From positions 64,233-128,232 of the forward strand of contig CAMPCN010000001.1 of the NCBI GenBank assembly GCA_946646285.1: a DNA stretch of 64,000 nt. The letters run 5' to 3'. The stretch's first letter is position 1, and every line of letters starts with the position of its first letter. The notes under the pieces are model-generated. The model made no database searches and was not told the DNA's origin. It saw nothing but the letters and a program-made list of their open reading frames with translations. Made by a program: the position numbers and the translations under genes. The stretch comes from an uncultured Candidatus Saccharibacteria bacterium (GTDB taxonomy: Bacteria; Patescibacteriota; Saccharimonadia; Saccharimonadales; Saccharimonadaceae). Of this stretch, positions 61,465 to 64,000 are shown piece by piece.

Positions 61465-62475
61465 TTATTGTTGGCCCAGTTTGCCGAGGTCGACAGTTAA
61501 TTCGACGAGACGATTACTATAGCCCCACTCGTTGTCATACCAGGCGACGACCTTGATTAGGTTGCCACCTATAACGTCGGTTAGTTTGAGGTCGACGATA
61601 GAAGAATGTGAATTGCCACGGTAATCGATTGAAACGAGTTCTTCTTCGGTTGCATCAAGAATACCTTGATAATATGGGTCGGCGGCAGCCTTCTTGAACA
61701 TTTCGTTGATTTCTTCGACAGAAGTGTCGCGCTTGGTAACAGCGGTAATGTCTGAAAGGGAGACTACTGGGGTAGGGACGCGAACGGAGAGACCATTGAA
61801 TTTGCCTTTGAGGGAAGGAATGGTAAGTGCGGCAGCCTTGCTAGCACCAGTAGTGGTTGGAACGATATTTTCGGCAGCAGAACGAGCTTCGCGAATATCC
61901 TTAGCTGGAGCATCTTGAAGCTTTTGGCTAGCAGTATAGCTGTGAACGGTGGTCATCATCGCTTTTTCGATGCCGATGTTGTCTTCGAGAACTTTCATAA
62001 CAGGAGCGATACAGTTAGTGGTACAAGATGCGTTGGAAATGATTTGGTCATCAACTGTAACGTCATCTTCGTTGACGCCAAGGACAATAGTTTTTGCGTC
62101 TTCGCCTTTTGCAGGGGCAGAGATGACGACTTTTCTAGCGCCAGCATCAATATGAGCGCGAGCCTTAGCTGGGTCGGTAAAGAAGCCGGTCGACTCGATA
62201 ACTACATCAATGTTCATTTCACCCCATGGAAGATTGGCCGGTTCTTTTTCGGAGAGAACACGAATGCGCTTTCCGTCTACAATAAGATCTTCACCGTCGG
62301 CGCTAACATCTTTTGAGTAGATGCCGTAGTTGGAATCGTATTTAAGAAGATGCGCTAGGGTTGGAGCATCGGTGAGGTCGTTAATTGCAACGATTTCAGT
62401 ATCGTTGCGGTCGAAAGCGATTTTGAACGCATTACGACCAATACGCCCAAAGCCGTTGATGGCTATTCTTACCAT
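61465..62475 (-). CDS. gap: Glyceraldehyde-3-phosphate dehydrogenase
   Basis: VRIAINGFGRIGRN, active site SNASCTTNC and WYDNEWGYS, with an AGGAG SD. Confidence 0.97.
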   Translation of the reverse strand: MVRIAINGFGRIGRNAFKIAFDRNDTEIVAINDLTDAPTLAHLLKYDSNYGIYSKDVSADGEDLIVDGKRIRVLSEKEPANLPWGEMNIDVVIESTGFFTDPAKARAHIDAGARKVVISAPAKGEDAKTIVLGVNEDDVTVDDQIISNASCTTNCIAPVMKVLEDNIGIEKAMMTTVHSYTASQKLQDAPAKDIREARSAAENIVPTTTGASKAAALTIPSLKGKFNGLSVRVPTPVVSLSDITAVTKRDTSVEEINEMFKKAAADPYYQGILDATEEELVSIDYRGNSHSSIVDLKLTDVIGGNLIKVVAWYDNEWGYSNRLVELTVDLGKLGQQ

Positions 62476-62585
62476 TTTATTCTCCTATTTTAATTAGATG
62501 ATACTTATGCTTATTATATCATATGAGCTATGTTATGATAATTGAAAGGAAAGCCCTTTGTGGCAGCCAAAATGAAAGGAGTGAA

Positions 62586-63107
62586 ATGGCTGATTTTAAT
62601 CAAGTTTTAGAGCCTGGTGATTATAAAAAAGGTGAGATTAATGTAGTGATTGAGATTCCTACGGGGAGCAATCATAAGATTGAGTGGGATCGCAAGCGTG
62701 CTTGCTTTATGTTAGATCGTATTGAGCCGATGGCATTTGCAAAACCTTGCAACTATGGTTTTATTCCGCAAACTCTTGACGAGGATGGTGACGAGCTAGA
62801 TGTACTCGTAATTACTGATCAGCCACTCACGACTGGTATCTATGTCAAGGCGCGTATTCTTGGCGTGATGAAGTTTGTAGATGACGGCGAGGTTGACGAT
62901 AAGATTATTGCTGTAGTTGACGATGATCGCAATAATGGTGATGCGATTAAGACGTTGGAAGATTTGCCAAAGCGTACGATTGAGCAGATTGAATTCCATT
63001 TTAACCACTATAAAGATTTGAAGAAGCCGGGTACGACTAAGGTTAAAGGGTTCTTTGGTCTTGATGAGGCAATTAAGGTAATTGAGGACGCCACTAAGAG
63101 ATTCTAA
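62586..63107 (+). CDS. ppa: Inorganic pyrophosphatase (family I)
   Basis: VVIEIPTGSNHKIEWD, YGFIPQTLDEDGDELDVLV and KIIAV..DD. SD AAAGGAG precedes ATG 62586 (trimmed from track 62523). Confidence 0.92.
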   Translation: MADFNQVLEPGDYKKGEINVVIEIPTGSNHKIEWDRKRACFMLDRIEPMAFAKPCNYGFIPQTLDEDGDELDVLVITDQPLTTGIYVKARILGVMKFVDDGEVDDKIIAVVDDDRNNGDAIKTLEDLPKRTIEQIEFHFNHYKDLKKPGTTKVKGFFGLDEAIKVIEDATKRF

Positions 63108-63208
63108 TTATTAGGAATTGATTTGAAGAATATTCCACATCTTTATTTGTGGAATATTTTTTTGGTTGTTATGTTATGATAAAAGAAAAGATAAGGAGGT
63201 TTTTACCT

Positions 63209-64000
63209 ATGGGTTTTCTAAAAGCTTTTGGTGGGGCCTTGAGCGGCTCTTTTGCTAATCAATGGCTTGAATATATGGCACCGCCGGCAAATATGACCGA
63301 TCATACTTTGATTGCGCGTGCTGTCCCAGTAACTAAGGCTGGTAGTGAGAATAATGACGGTGAAGAGAACGCTAATGTCATTACTAATGGTAGCAAGTTC
63401 TTGGTTCCAGAAGGCACTTGTTTGATTACTGTTGAGAATGGCGGCATTACTGGCGTTATTTCTGATCCAGGTGGATATACTTACACAACGGAAAACCTCC
63501 CAGAGGCTAAGAGCTTGTTTTCTGGCGATGGCTTCTTTGCGTCAACTTTTGGTCAAAGCTGGAATCAGTTTAAGTTTGGTGGCCAACCAGGCAATCAGCA
63601 GTTTGCTTTCTATGTAAATTTGAAAGATATTCTCGGTTTGCGTTACGGCACTCAAAATCCGATTCGCTACAAAGATGCGAACTACGCCAATACGATGCTT
63701 GCGGTTACGAGCAACGGTACTTATACATTGAAGGTTGTTGATCCAATCTTGATGGTAAAGAACTTGATCCCAGTAGACGTAATCTCTGGTCAAGGTCGCG
63801 CTGTGTTTGACCTTGGTGAAGGGGACGGTGGCGTAGAGGATGGTCTCTTTGCAGGCTTCATTGGATCCTTAGCAGCGGCTCTTTCGGCATTTACGAAGGG
63901 TGGCAAATCTATTGATGATATTCAAGGCGGCACAGTTGAGTTCGCAAAGAGTATGAACGAAGCTGTTGAAGCTAATTACCAATGGGGTACCAAGTATGGT
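63209..64000 (+). CDS. SPFH/Band-7-like (virion-core-protein-like, YdjI-type) protein, N-terminal 264 codons (runs off right edge)
   Basis: Absent from the track because there is no stop in the window. SD AAGGAGG is present. MGFLKAFGGALSGSFANQWLEYM...NVITNGSKFLVPEG...FKFGGQPGNQQFAFYVNLKDILGLRYGTQNPIRY matches the pattern I know for this family. Confidence 0.65.
   Translation, partial: MGFLKAFGGALSGSFANQWLEYMAPPANMTDHTLIARAVPVTKAGSENNDGEENANVITNGSKFLVPEGTCLITVENGGITGVISDPGGYTYTTENLPEAKSLFSGDGFFASTFGQSWNQFKFGGQPGNQQFAFYVNLKDILGLRYGTQNPIRYKDANYANTMLAVTSNGTYTLKVVDPILMVKNLIPVDVISGQGRAVFDLGEGDGGVEDGLFAGFIGSLAAALSAFTKGGKSIDDIQGGTVEFAKSMNEAVEANYQWGTKYG

Noticed and set aside
1-64000. Genome-wide TGA recoding (genetic code 4 or 25), suggested by three in-frame TGAs
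   Set aside because: ORFs of 1569, 1367, 1240 and 997 codons contain no TGA, and Trp is encoded by TGG throughout. TGA also acts as a true stop: dnaE ends at 58644-58646 just before a strong terminator, and there are ATGA overlaps at 5356, 29486 and 51885.

Overview
The window is a gene-dense, low-to-moderate GC bacterial chromosome segment with a reduced-genome look. It has tight or overlapping operons, a minimal SufBC system, four tRNAs, and no rRNA, CRISPR array, intact transposase or prophage. My inference is a Patescibacteria/CPR, Saccharibacteria-like organism; all protein calls rest on motif recognition alone, with no database search. Recognisable housekeeping genes are groES-groEL with a CIRCE operator, murE, sufC/sufBD, valS, tsaD, dnaE, a gap-rpiB-rpe-pfkB-LOG operon, ppa, hsp20, a HIT protein, a MacB-type ABC pair and a TlyA-like methyltransferase. 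The most unusual part is the left 11 kb. A type IV secretion-like core (VirB4-like ATPase running off the edge, an elongated PrgI/VirB3-like protein and a VirB6-like polytopic protein) faces an array of eight paralogous VirB2-like pilin genes. One of these is a tandem double pilin and one is fused to Ig-like domains and an SGNH esterase-like domain. Other accessory content includes giant surface or acidic repeat proteins (12773-16876, 22754-25747, 39718-45868), a membrane-anchored serpin, and a degenerate Mur-ligase paralogue coupled to an amidinotransferase-fold enzyme. There is also an IS1634-like transposase stub in an AT-rich palindrome-rich gap. Three ORFs missing from the supplied track are reported: 1-789(-), 53407-54099(-) and 63209-64000(+). 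Cross-cutting patterns are three in-frame TGA interruptions, one ORF with a promoter and SD but only an ATA start, many -10 boxes 6-7 nt from ATG (apparent leaderless mRNAs), and a recurring terminator hairpin sequence.
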